Assembly: GCF_001194135.2 (NCBI RefSeq)
Contig: NC_068983.1
Span: 111,178,494 to 111,242,493, forward strand
Origin: Octopus bimaculoides
Lineage: Eukaryota
Length of the DNA stretch: 64,000 nt
Direction: 5' to 3'
In this document: positions 36,568 to 48,885 of the stretch, piece after piece
How positions within the stretch are numbered: the first letter of the stretch is position 1
Layout of the letters: every line of letters starts with the position of its first letter
Notes under the pieces: model-generated
Told to the model about the DNA's origin: nothing
Seen by the model: the letters and a program-made list of their open reading frames with translations, nothing else
Databases searched by the model: none
Position numbers and translations under genes: made by a program

Positions 36568-37959
36568 NNNNNNNNNNNNNNNNNNNNNNNNNNNNNNNNN
36601 NNNNNNNNNNNNNNNNNNNNNNNNNNNNNNNNNNNNNNNNNNNNNNNNNNNNNNNNNNNNNNNNNNNNNNNNNNNNNNNNNNNNNNNNNNNNNNNNNNNN
36701 NNNNNNNNNNNNNNNNNNNNNNNNNNNNNNNNNNNNNNNNNNNNNNNNNNNCATACATAAAGATTGTATATTTAGGCTGTTGAGGAACGGCCTTAACGTA
36801 TGATCACATTGAAATGTTCCTGAGTTTCTGTTCATGGAGAACATACATATTCTTTTATTTTATTCATTATTCTATCTAGGTGTTAATGTAGGAAGATGTG
36901 CTTTACAAAGGTCCTACTACTAATGAAATTTTCTTTCTAATTTTTGGTTAAATAGGTCTCCTTTCTCTACGTTTACTGTGAATTACTAACATAAAGTTTT
37001 CAGATATGTAATAATTGTCTATTGTTCTTGATCCGGAGAGAAAAAAGATGTTCACTTTTACATTGATTCTTTTGTTGTTTTCAGTAACGAGCGGTTATTT
37101 GCAGTTTCACTGTCTTCAATCTAATGACTTCAGAGATAATTACCACAAAAATAGTAGGAGCTACGATAACGAAAACAGAACAAAATGGTCCTCACGTTTT
37201 AAAACCAGATTACCACATACTTGTAAAAACAATAATAGCAGGCGACGTGACAAGTAAACAAGCGTCTATGAACAATCGCAAATTGAACAATTAAAAATAA
37301 TATTAATGTTGTTAACGTCAATTGAAGCAAGAGAAACAATAGCAGTAACATCATAAACTCTGCGGTGTACACTAACAGCTGCAGTAATAATAGTCATAAC
37401 AACAACGAAAATATTGTCAACAACAATGATACAGAAACATGTTTTCTGGCATATAAACATATAAGGAAATACTGGATGTATAATAGCCACTGGAATTATA
37501 AAATATTTGGAAGAGTCAAGTCACAAAAGTAAATGCTTCTTTGATTGAAGATTTTGTATAACACAGGTCACATACTGCTGTTTCAAACCAAAGAAAATAG
37601 AGAGTGCTTCCTCATGCTTTCGAAAGAAAATTTCGAATTCATTGGTACAAATTGACACGAACTGTACTTTTTACCTAGGCAATGTCTATGGAAAAGTACT
37701 CCTTAATTTTTTAGCCTGAATATAAAGCGAGGATGCAATCGTGACCTGAGTGCTACATGCTAGTACTGACACAGTACATGAACATAAGAAAGACGAGCAT
37801 GACAGTGTGGTTTACTGACATTCATTTCAACTGTTGCTCATTACCAGTTTCCCATTACTGAAGTGAGCCCCAGAAACATTTGGTTGAGTAAGATCTACCT
37901 AGACCCCTATGGTATGATTATCGTCAAAGACCATAAAGCCATCCTATATAGAACGCAGT

Positions 37960-38700
37960 AAAGGGACTAATTACAATGATTGTTCAGGACAGAAAGAACT
38001 CTTGCAACATGTGTAGTAGAAGAAATCACTTCTTTTCTGCCCAAAATAGAAGATGCAAAATAGAAGATCGCAAGCGAAACCACAAAAGCAGCTCCAGGTT
38101 TTCGGATAATTGGAGAAAAATCTCTGCCACTGTTGTGTTAGAACACCATTGCTCGATGCTAAGAGGATGTGTGGATTGAAAACATATTCAGTCAGAGGCT
38201 CCGAGTTGTGCTCAGGTTTCGTTTGCGAAGATTACCAAAACCTCACCTCGTAGACACTGACAGCACTTCTCAAGGAGAACATGCAACAGATGTTTGGTAC
38301 AGACCGCCAGAAATTTATGAATTCCTCAACCTATACCCCAGCCTTTTTGTATGCTCTCACGAGCGAGGAAACAATACAGCTGATGATATTTCTTTGTTTC
38401 AGAAGCGCACGGTACTCCGATTGCTACAACGAAAGTGCCGACATGTGTTTGTGATTTGAATCTCTGGTCTTAATATTCACCAGAAATGCACAAAGGCCAT
38501 CCATGTCTAACAATACTCCGAGGTACACATCCCAATGCTGACACTGCTGAATATCGCTTTTCTACCTTTAATTGAGGTTTGGGTTTCTCTGCAAAATCCA
38601 GTCCTCATATGCACTGAAACCCAATAGAAAAGGCACATCATGGACGTTAAACCGCGATGGGTTTTCTTTAACGGGCCTCAAGTAGTGCGTAATATCTTAT
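37960..38700 (-). mobile_element. Possible highly degenerate RTE-BovB-like RT C-terminal remnant
   Basis: YLGVLLD motif and a CCQCLR segment (FHQRCLR-like) in plausible order; many stops and frameshifts. Confidence 0.3.
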
Positions 38701-40278
38701 TTCAGACTGATGTGTCCTTTGCTGAACTGTTTGAGAGCAAGCATGGATCTTTGATGACTACGTCGACTGACTTCCGTGATTCGAGGTACAACAGGTATTG
38801 TGGTGAGAAAATTTGGTTTCACTCTCTGCAATAATGGGCTCTGTCTGGCTGTATGACAAGTAAATAGTCAGAACAGGATAGTGTAGATAGCAATAAGTGA
38901 CGTACCCCACAGCATTCACCATAAAGTGAAATGTAATGGAAAGAACAAAACCACAACAAGTGTTGTAGACTCTCAAAGAAAATGGGAGATAATTTCATGA
39001 AATTAAGAATGAATTATCATGCTTATTAAGAGAGGTGGGAGTTATGGACGTATTTTTGTTTTAAAAGATTTCATCAGTAACGTAATGTTATCTTATTTCT
39101 ACTTCGATAATTTCTTTATAATAGAAATGAAACAAAACTTATTATATGTGAAATTGCCACGGCGCCACTTAGTTATTATTAAAATCTTTGCTTCTTCTGT
39201 TTAAATTTTTTCCATTTTCGTTATATTTCATGGAAGAAAAGTAGGGATAGTCTGAACCCGAAAAGCGCAGAACAAAATTAATTACGATATTTAAATACAT
39301 CTCTCGTTGCTCTAGTTTTACATGTCACCAATGTCAACTTTGCATTTATGTTTCAGGGTTCAATAAAATAAGTACCAGTCAGATAGTGAGGTCAACGATC
39401 TGCATATGAGAGAATTTTTTGTAATAGCAGTATTTCTTTTCCATTCAGTATTGAGTGTCGACTGTGAATTTACATATTTGTCACAATTACATGATGTTCA
39501 TATTTTACTGCTGCAAATATGTTCACATGACGGCTGCGTCTGTATTTAAGATGGTGTGGTGATGATAAAGAAGATAATGATGGTGAGAATATTCGTGATG
39601 ATGACGATGACAATGACAACCATTATGGCGACAATGATGATTTCGTTATCAGGCTAATCATAATTATCTATAATAATCATAATAGTCATATATTACAAAG
39701 AAATGAAGCCTGAAAGGTATATTATTCATTATTATTGTTTAATCATCTTAGTATTATATTGTAATGTTTTGTCTGTTGTTCTCATAACAGCAGTAGTGGA
39801 AGTCATTGTTTGGTGCTCTAGACAAAACTTTCAAGTGTAAATAAGCATGGTGAGAAGAATAATAGGACTGTTGTTGTTAAACACAATGCGAGTATCAATT
39901 GAACAAATCTATAACTAAATGTATTCCAACCATGACCATCCTTTTTGCCTTCAGACATAACATATTTCCGGGACATCATCTTCGTTTTCTTTTTTTTTAG
40001 ACGATAGATGATGTGCATGATGTACGATGGCTATTTCTAAAATATCAAGACATCACTATACAATTTCCTCTGTTGGTTCGTTTTACAGGCGAATAGTTGT
40101 TTGTATCAGAATAAATTAAATTAGAAATGAGCATAAAATTTGATTTGTATTAATGTACTGAGAGATAAAGTTGAGGTCAAGTGACATTTCAGGCCGGTTC
40201 CGTTTTCGAACAAAGAAAAAAGTATTAAATACAACAATACAGTAAATATTGGTGCATTATTGTACCCTTATCTCTCTC

Positions 40279-40309
<31 letters not shown>

Positions 40310-40515
40310 CTCTCTCTCTCTCTTTCTCTNNNNNNNNNNNNNNNNNNNNNNNNNNNNNNNNNNNNNNNNNNNNNNNNNNNNNNNNNNNNNNNNNNNNNNN
40401 NNNNNNNNNNNNNNNNNNNNNNNNNNNNNNNNNNNNNNNNNNNNNNNNNNNNNNNNNNNNNNNNNNNNNNNNNNNNNNNNNNNNNNNNNNNNNNNNNNNN
40501 NNNNNNNNNNNNNNN

Positions 40516-40560
<45 letters not shown>

Positions 40561-40699
40561 CACCCAAATGCACAGGTATAGTCGTTTTGTCCTAAAAATC
40601 TGTCGGTCACAGCTACAAGTTCTGGTGTGTATTTCCCTGTAGATACATTTTCTACGATAGCTTGGTTTTTATAACTCTTGAGTAGAAAACTCTTCCGAA

Positions 40700-41000
40700 G
40701 CCCATTGTGTCACTTACTGGTTAGGGTGTTGCGCTCACGTTCATGAGATTGTGTTTTCGATTCCTAGACGAAGCAATGGCGTTGTGTTCTTGCCAAAAAT
40801 AATTCATCTCACATTGCTCTGCGATCACTTCGAAATCGGACGTGTAACTCACCGTGCACCTGTTCATATGTCGATGTGATAGAACGAGTGAGATAATGTG
40901 TAGCACGATCATTTGATCCCTATAAATAAATCATTTGTGCAGACTGTTCAGTAAGAAATTGCAGGACCGTCTTTTTCGGATCCGAGAGATGACCATACAA
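40700..41000 (+). mobile_element. Degenerate tRNA-derived SINE
   Basis: tggttagggtgttgcgctcac head, ttttcgattcct B-box-like, gtgttcttgccaaaaataattcatctcacattgctc core. Confidence 0.55.
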
Positions 41001-41557
41001 CAGGCACACATATATATGTGTGTGTGTGTTTGTGTGTGTATCGCCGCAAGATGCATCGCACATATAAAATAACTGAACGTTTAATCCATAAACTGATAAT
41101 TAATGTTACAACAACAGTATGTTCGAATTTAAATTTCAAAATGCAAGCACGGATTTCATTGAACTGAGAATTTCTGCAACTAGGCAAACAAGTCTCTGCC
41201 AGGGTGCAGTATTGACTAATTTCTTTTCTTGTACGAAAGGTTTTCTACTTTAATCTTATATTTATATATTATAAGAACAAATATTACACATTCTTCAATA
41301 GCTATTCGAATATTCAGAGATGAATGCATATACTACTTTACTACCACCGTACAAGCAAAATAGAAACGTTTGGGGGACGTCATGCGATCGGTTGAACCCT
41401 TCTTCTGACGTCTTAGGTATGTTTCAAAGTAGTTTAAACTAACCGTCCGTATAAATTATTATCTTTATAAAACTCTTCTTTTTCATATTTTTATATTGTT
41501 ACTATTCAGTCTAAGAAAATTTCTAATATACGCACAAGCATAAACACACAAACACAC

Positions 41558-41792
<235 letters not shown>

Positions 41793-43366
41793 CATCAATT
41801 AATATGCTTGCTCCACAACCCAGGTGTAGCGCCACACCTTACACATTATATGCACAATCCCGTTTTAATATAGAAATCATTCTATAACATCTAGAATTCA
41901 ACAATATTTCATTAAATATATACAATTGCAATTCTAAAAGTTATAACGTACAACACATAACTAACTTCACGAATTTTACTCAAAAACGTATATTTCAAAA
42001 ATATAGTTTATCATCATACGCTTTATCATTAAAATTTCTTGTTTCTCATTAAAGCGAGTGCGCATAATGTTTTTTGACAATGGTACCCAACAGCATCGGT
42101 GACAACATACGACACAGAACCCACAGAATCACACTCCCAAGAAGCTCACCACTACACAACAGGAAAACATCAAACCACTCCTTCTAAAATGGTGAATACA
42201 TGCATCTAGCTATGCGTACAATTGGTGAACTTGCATGAAAGACAACTCAGCAATATTATACAAAAGCCAAACTGCTCTGATTTGAATTTCATGAAAACAC
42301 TGCCGTATTTAATAAATATGTTATGGTTATAAAACAACATTAAAGCTTCTATACATCTTGGAGACATATTCAAAGCAGATAAGAACAAAGCAGTATGGAT
42401 CATCTAAAGGAAACATGAATAATCTTCTTACATATAATGCTTCAATTGCTTGGTGATTTTAACATGAATGACAAACAATGGTACATGATGATGATGATGA
42501 GGAGGAGGAGGAGGGATTTTCTACTACACAATCTCACACAATATTAATTCAGTCTAACTACTTGTGTCAAATATCACCTATATTCTGTAGCCGTTATTAA
42601 ATCATTTGCAATAATGAAACACGGGGTTCAGTAACTACGAAATCAAAACACTTGTGGTACTTAGGTGTATGTGTCACTGTTGAATGGCTTTAGTTAGCTG
42701 TGTGTTGTCTCATAATAAGCCAAATAGATAATAGTTGAAATACAGTTTATTCTCAATAAAGTAACTTAAAATATTTGTATATACATAGAAGTTTTCCAGT
42801 AGTTGCCAGTAGTTGTAATTAAATTACAAACTAAAATGATGAGTGTCGCGTAAGAAGCAAGAATAATGTTTGTTCTTCCTAATAAAGAAGTAATCCTTTT
42901 TACTCCGGGTTGAATTTCATCAAAGGAAACATTGACGTTGGAAAGGCTAATTGCTTATGCTTCGAAGGGCCGTTTCTGACTTATTCTGACGGGCTTTCGC
43001 TTTTATCACCACAAAAGCGCAGGAACATCCAGAACGTTGTAGAATGTTCTACTATAAGGTCTAATATATCTGGTAGCAGACTGATTAATAACCAGAACAC
43101 ATCACTCACTTGATTTGAATGTGGTCTTATACAGGAAGCTGAAACTGTAAGGTTTCCATTATAAGTCTTGTTACACGCTCATCCATATAGATGTAACTCG
43201 GTAAAATTAAAACTTATTTTCTGTTTATTATAGAACTAGGCCTCATATATATTTCTTTATACACTAGCATACATACAACATAAGTTTATGTGTGTAGGGA
43301 TCTAATTACGTATGTACATATCTATCTATCTATAAATATATCTATCTATAAATATATATAAATATA

Positions 43367-43648
43367 CAGGGATTAGCAATTGAGTTGCTTCTCCAACATA
43401 CTGAAAATTTAGAAATAGCAGTCAAAGAACTACTGATTCCAAACTACAAATTTTTCTCTAAAATGGATGGCGATATTTATGGCACACATAGAACAAAAAA
43501 CCGGAGGGAAAAGCGTAAACAAACCAAGCCTTTTTGTTCTATGTGTGCCATAAATATCGCCATCCATTTTAGAGAAAAAATTGTAGTTTGGAATCAGTAG
43601 TTCTTTGACTGCTATTTCTAAATTTTCAGTATGTTGGAGAAGCAACTC
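43367..43648. mobile_element. Foldback MITE (Tc1/mariner-type TA|CAGGG end), right end inside the gap
   Basis: Arms 43382-43499 and 43531-43648, 117/118 complementary, 31-nt spacer. Confidence 0.85.
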
Positions 43649-44492
43649 NNNNNNNNNNNNNNNNNNNNNNNNNNNNNNNNNNNNNNNNNNNNNNNNNNNN
43701 NNNNNNNNNNNNNNNNNNNNNNNNNNNNNNNNNNNNNNNNNNNNNNNNNNNNNNNNNNNNNNNNNNNNNNNNNNNNNNNNNNNNNNNNNNNNNNNNNNNN
43801 NNNNNNNNNNNNNNNNNNNNNNNNNNNNNNNNNNNNNNNNNNNNNNNNNNNNNNNNNNNNNNNNNNNNNNNNNNNNNNNNNNNNNNNNNNNNNNNNNNNN
43901 NNNNNNNNNNNNNNNNNNNNNNNNNNNNNNNNNNNNNNNNNNNNNNNNNNNNNNNNNNNNNNNNNNNNNNNNNNNNNNNNNNNNNNNNNNNNNNNNNNNN
44001 NNNNNNNNNNNNNNNNNNNNNNNNNNNNNNNNNNNNNNNNNNNNNNNNNNNNNNNNNNNNNNNNNNNNNNNNNNNNNNNNNNNNNNNNNNNNNNNNNNNN
44101 NNNNNNNNNNNNNNNNNNNNNNNNNNNNNNNNNNNNNNNNNNNNNNNNNNNNNNNNNNNNNNNNNNNNNNNNNNNNNNNNNNNNNNNNNNNNNNNNNNNN
44201 NNNNNNNNNNNNNNNNNNNNNNNNNNNNNNNNNNNNNNNNNNNNNNNNNNNNNNNNNNNNNNNNNNNNNNNNNNNNNNNNNNNNNNNNNNNNNNNNNNNN
44301 NNNNNNNNNNNNNNNNNNNNNNNNNNNNNNNNNNNNNNNNNNNNNNNNNNNNNNNNNNNNNNNNNNNNNNNNNNNNNNNNNNNNNNNNNNNNNNNNNNNN
44401 NNNNNNNNNNNNNNNNNNNNNNNNNNNNNNNNNNNNNNNNNNNNNNNNNNNNNNNNNNNNNNATATATATATATATATACATACATATACAT

Positions 44493-45460
44493 ATATGCAT
44501 AATTCGTTGTCTGTTGTATTTATATAATGTTTTGTCTGTTTCTTAGTACATATTCGCTAACTTTTTCCCAGTAGCTAAATAAAGGTACTAGCGCCTACAA
44601 AATTGAGCAGTATCGAAGGTAATTGGCGTGAAACTGCTATGATATTTTGCGTCTTTGACTGAAGAGGAAAACTCAGCTGCGAATATTCTGTGTATCGTGT
44701 CGTTGTCTAATTTCCCGTCCGTTTAGTTTTCGTCAACTTACCCGTTTACTCTGCTTTCGTCTAAATTTCCTCAATCTATTCTTTCTGTTCAACCCTTGGT
44801 ATATCCATGTAGCGCAATGTACATAGTTTGTTTACTTTATTGTAAAAATACATTCCTTGAATATTCTGGTGCCACTCTTCTCCACTCTTTCTCTCTTTGT
44901 CTTCGTTTCATTTTCATTATCTCCCTCTCTCTCCCTCTTTCTCTCTTACTATATCTTTCTCCATCCCTACTCTTACTTGCTCTTTTTCCATCGTTACCCT
45001 CTTTTCCGCACCCGCTTACCTCTCTTGCGTCTTTCCCTTCTCCCTCTTTCTTACTCTGCTCCTTCGTTATCTCTCTCTCTCTCTCTTACTGTCATTTCCC
45101 CCTTTTTTCTACCTCTGTTCCTTCGTTCTCTCTCTATCTCTCTGTCGCCCCCTTTTTCCCTCTCTCTGACCACACTAGTTACGCTTTTTCTACGTCCGTT
45201 CTGTCCTCTAGGACTCCATTCAGTTCGTTTGACAGCTGCAAAGCTCTTTCTGTTGTATTTGTGGTATATGTATAATTGTAATCCGTAAGACTTCGTGCAG
45301 TTATATATGCATAATTCGTTGTCTGTTGTAATAATATAATGTCTTGTTTGCTTCTGTATTAGCACACATTTCCTAGCTTTTCCTAGTGGCTTAATTAGTG
45401 TACAGGCGCCTGCATAATTGAGTAGTATCGAAGTTAATTGGCATGAACCTGCTAAGATGA
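44493..45460. repeat. Diverged ~150-bp direct repeats (44493-44650 and 45304-45460) around a CT-rich tract; possibly Penelope terminal repeats
   Basis: atatatgcataattcgttgtctgttgta...ggcgcctRcaWaattgagYagtatcgaag shared by both copies. Confidence 0.6.
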
Positions 45461-45859
45461 ATGCAAGTGGTCTACGACTGCTTTATTTCTGTCGTCAATT
45501 TGGTTTAACAATTGCAATCTCAATATTTCAGGAGGCAAATAAGTATTAAAACATCTGGAATCATTCTTTATCTGATAACTGGCACATGCTTGATTATGTC
45601 ATAATTAAGTGCAAAGATTGCAGTGATGCCAGATTAACAAGAGCTAACTAAACTCCTCAGTGTTACTTGGATCAAAGAATGCTCGAAGTAAGGTATGCGT
45701 AGAACCATATACAAAGAGGCCATTGAGACCAAATATACCTCCAAAAATAAATGCACATTTAAAAAAAAAATCCTGAAATGACATAAAAGCTTGAAACACA
45801 TCTAAATACAAAACTTGAGAAAAATAGAAGGAAATTAACCTGGAGTTTTGTGGCGTAAT

Positions 45860-46225
45860 CTTCGTGAAAGCATCAAATCATCTACTGAGAAGTTTTAGGA
45901 TTCGCCAAGAATCAAGATTGGTCCTAAAACCTATGCACAAAAGATCTCAAGCAAAAACTCACCGTCCCTCAGATCTTAATAAAATTTCTCTCAAAAAATT
46001 GCTTTTGGTGAAAAACTCTTGGTGGGCAAAAAAGCCCCAGAATTGGAACTGTCTGCTAAATCCCACAGCTTGAGAGCGATGTATAATAATCTCAAATGTG
46101 TATTTGATTTCAAAAAGCGTGGTATAGAACCTATTCTTTCTAATGACGGGTCAAAACTTATAAGTAGTAAAGATGAAATTCTGAAAAGATAGGCTGAACA
46201 CTTTAAATTCGTATTAAATCATAAA
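45860..46225 (+). mobile_element. RTE-BovB-like LINE fragment (EN-RT linker)
   Basis: KNSWWAKK...ELSAKSHSLRAMYNNLKCVF...PILSNDGSKLISSKDEILKR*AEHFKFVLN. Confidence 0.75.
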
Positions 46226-46264
46226 TGCGGATATACTCTCCAAGCCCTAATCATTTTTTTTTTT

Positions 46265-46600
46265 CAAGTTGGACTTGAAAAGGAAGGAGAGGGCTGAGAG
46301 GGAAGTTCTGTCTCCCAGCAATTTTAGTTAAAGATGGAGCGAATGTTGTAAGAATGGTCAGCGTGAACGGACCTTCTTTAAGCGTGCACATGTAGATTAA
46401 AAGAGGAAGATGTGAAGAAGGCCTTACCCCAATGGTCAGGGTGACTGTGATTATGTGGTGTCTGCGCGAGAAGCCCTTGGGGTCTCGGTGTTTGGGAACT
46501 TTTCGTTGTTAAAATATATTTTATCGCTTTTTACAACGTTTCATTGTATGTATTGTCCTGTATTGTTCTCACATTTTTTGTGAACCCTTAATGATCAACA
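46265..46600 (+). mobile_element. Tx1/L1-like LINE extreme 3' end
   Basis: LKRKERAEREVLSP...RW is homologous to the end of ORF 48494-48874; T-rich 3' UTR follows. Confidence 0.55.
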
Positions 46601-46647
46601 TAGAAGACATTATCATCATCATCATTATTATTATTATTATTATTAGG

Positions 46648-47075
46648 GCAGCATACTGGTTGAATCGTTTGCACACCAGGCGAAATGCTTAACAGTATTT
46701 CGTCTGCCGTTACGTTCTGAGTTCAAATTTCGCCGAGGTTGACTTTACCTTTCATCCTTTCGAGGTCGATAGAATTAGTACCAGTTGCACACTGGGGTCG
46801 ATGTAATCGACTTAATCCCTTCCTCCAAATCCGAGGCCTTGTGCTTCCAATAGAAATGATTCTTATTATTATTAATGCGACGAGCTGGCAGAATTGTTAG
46901 CGCGCTGGATGAAATGCTTAGAGGCATTTCACCCGTCGCAACGTTCTGAGTTCAAATTCCGCCAAATTCGACTATACCTTACATCATTTTGGAGTCAACA
47001 AATTAAGTACTAGTCGCGTACTGGGTCGACCTGATCGACTGGTCTCTCTACCGAAATTTCAGGCCTTGTGCTTAT
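46648..47075 (+). mobile_element. Two tandem OR-like SINE copies
   Basis: gttctgagttcaaattt/ccgcc B-boxes at about 46714 and 46944; tails ggccttgtgc. Confidence 0.85.
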
Positions 47076-47146
47076 AATAGAAATAATGGGTATAGTTGTA
47101 GTAGTATGAGCCACAGCATTAAATCATCTTTTTCTTTTCAACTAAG

Positions 47147-47242
47147 TGAAATTGAATCTAATATCTGCTGCCTGTAGCACTGCTCAATCCACAAAGAGCT
47201 TCCAGGTGGTTTCGTGCAACTTGTATATTATAGATAGAAGAG
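47147..47242 (+). CDS. Candidate host exon (KLNLISAACSTAQSTKSFQVVSCNLYIIDRR)
   Basis: Acceptor tttttcttttcaactaag, donor AGAG|gtactg, 96 nt, phase 1 to 1, joins in frame to 47384 across a 141-nt intron. Confidence 0.6.
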
Positions 47243-47383
47243 GTACTGTTGTATACCTACACTGATTATGAAGATTCTATTTAGTACATGTAAGTCTGTT
47301 ATAGCAAAATTACTTTAAATGCAAACATCTTTAAATTATCATTTCAAACAATTCACTTAAATAGAGTGGTTTTTCTGTTTAAG

Positions 47384-47496
47384 TTGTCTATGAATACGCG
47401 TACTATAAGAAGTTATATGAAGAAATGAAAGCCTTGCTATCGGCGCATTGTTTATGTACAGATTTTAATGACGCAAACGAAACGATAAAATTACAA
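47384..47496 (+). CDS. Candidate host exon (VYEYAYYKKLYEEMKALLSAHCLCTDFNDANETIKLQ)
   Basis: Acceptor ggtttttctgtttaag, strong donor CAA|gtaaga, open frame, phase 1 to 0. Confidence 0.7.
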
Positions 47497-47862
47497 GTAA
47501 GAATTGAAACTGGATCATAGACACAACCTCTTTTTGAGTTTATTGTTTGCTGTAATGTGCCATCAATCTTTAGATTGAAATTTTGAAAAATGGTGATTAA
47601 TGTTCAAACGTTAATATCCTTTAGAATGAATACGATGTGCCGGTTTTCTGTAAGGGCTGTTATCTCTTATAGTTGACTTCTATTTAACATTTTCTGCAGA
47701 TTAGAAATGGTCTGAATTTTCCATATTTATTTATGTAAATATGCGTTAAACATTCAAGAGAATGATAACATTTTTTCATTTGTTTTTGTTTTTTTATTTA
47801 TATTAAAAAAATCAATGGCATTATGTTGCTATTTTCATTCCGATTTGTCTTACTTTAGTTAG

Positions 47863-47910
47863 GAATTAATTGGAAAGGTTATTTCAAACCTTACACATAA
47901 GGAGAAATAA
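47863..47910 (+). CDS. Possible terminal coding exon (ELIGKVISNLTHKEK*)
   Basis: Acceptor gatttgtcttactttagttag, phase 0 matches 47496; AATAAA near 48043. Confidence 0.3.
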   Translation, partial: ELIGKVISNLTHKEK

Positions 47911-48299
47911 CATTTATTTTCATACTGAGAAAGCACAACGTCTGTTTTTATTTGTTTTTAAACGCATACATAAATATGTAAATTCACATTCAGACACTCG
48001 TTTATGCTCGTGTTTGCGCGCGCATCAGAGTAAACGGCAAGCAATAAAGGACGACTAGCTGCGACAGTCTCAGCAGTAATACACCTTACTAAAGCACCTT
48101 ATATTAACTTTACATATGCAAATCATACAGACCCTGCTCCGCCACACACAAGCAACTAGTGATATGAGAAGCCCCTAGTTGAAGAATGAGCTAGGTTGTC
48201 TGATAGCAACAACAGTTTCAATGTACAACATCTGATTTTTTATTACCCATGCGGGCTAACATAGAGGGGACAATACAATGTGATTGGGGTCACATACAA

Positions 48300-48885
48300 T
48301 CGAATGATATAAATTTTTCATGTACAATGAAATCGAATGAATTGCAACACAATAAATTACAAACAATAAATCTCAAACAATAAATCACAAACCACAAACA
48401 ATAAATCACATGATGAGGTGTTCAAAACAGGTATGCTCCGACCCCACGAGCCCCGTCTTTAGCACCGACTTACTGGTAGTTACTCAATCGCGCTCACGCA
48501 GAGCCTTTCACCCCCAACATTCGTGCTACACGCGTCCATCGTTTTTTAAATTCAATCTCTGACAAACACCTCTTTTCCAGTCCCACCTTCCTTTTCAAGT
48601 GAAAAGTGAACATTTTCACGAGGGGGAGGCCGGAGACGCAGGTATGTGTCACGATACCTTTCATTCTCGACTTCCAAATCACATCTCTCGCAATTGCTAC
48701 TACTACGAGAAAACAATTCTTACCTTCTTTCGTCAAGAAATCCGGCGGGTTAATTTTTACAATTGACTCAGACGATAGCTGTACTCTTCTGCCATCAGAC
48801 AACAGTTGTTCCGCATAAACCCATACTTCTGAAATACCCGGACACTGAACAATAGCGTGCAGGACGGTTTCCACTCCCTGCCGGC
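48300..48885 (-). mobile_element. 5'-truncated Tx1/L1-like LINE 3' end (zf-RVT region plus 3' UTR)
   Basis: ORF 48494-48874 METVLHAIVQCPGISEVW...VIWKSR...HLKRKV...RW (ETxxHxxxxC zinc-knuckle half). Confidence 0.8.

Noticed and set aside
37015-37257. 80-aa ORF with a signal-peptide-like start and basic tail (putative secreted peptide)
   Set aside because: The hydrophobic stretch derives from a T-rich tract, and the region is AAC/AAT-rich low-complexity sequence with no supporting motif.
47147-47496. CHAT (caspase-like) domain assignment for the exon pair, from LISAACS and LYIID...YYKKL
   Set aside because: The motif is not the canonical LSAC and the spacing to the SLW-like segment is too short.
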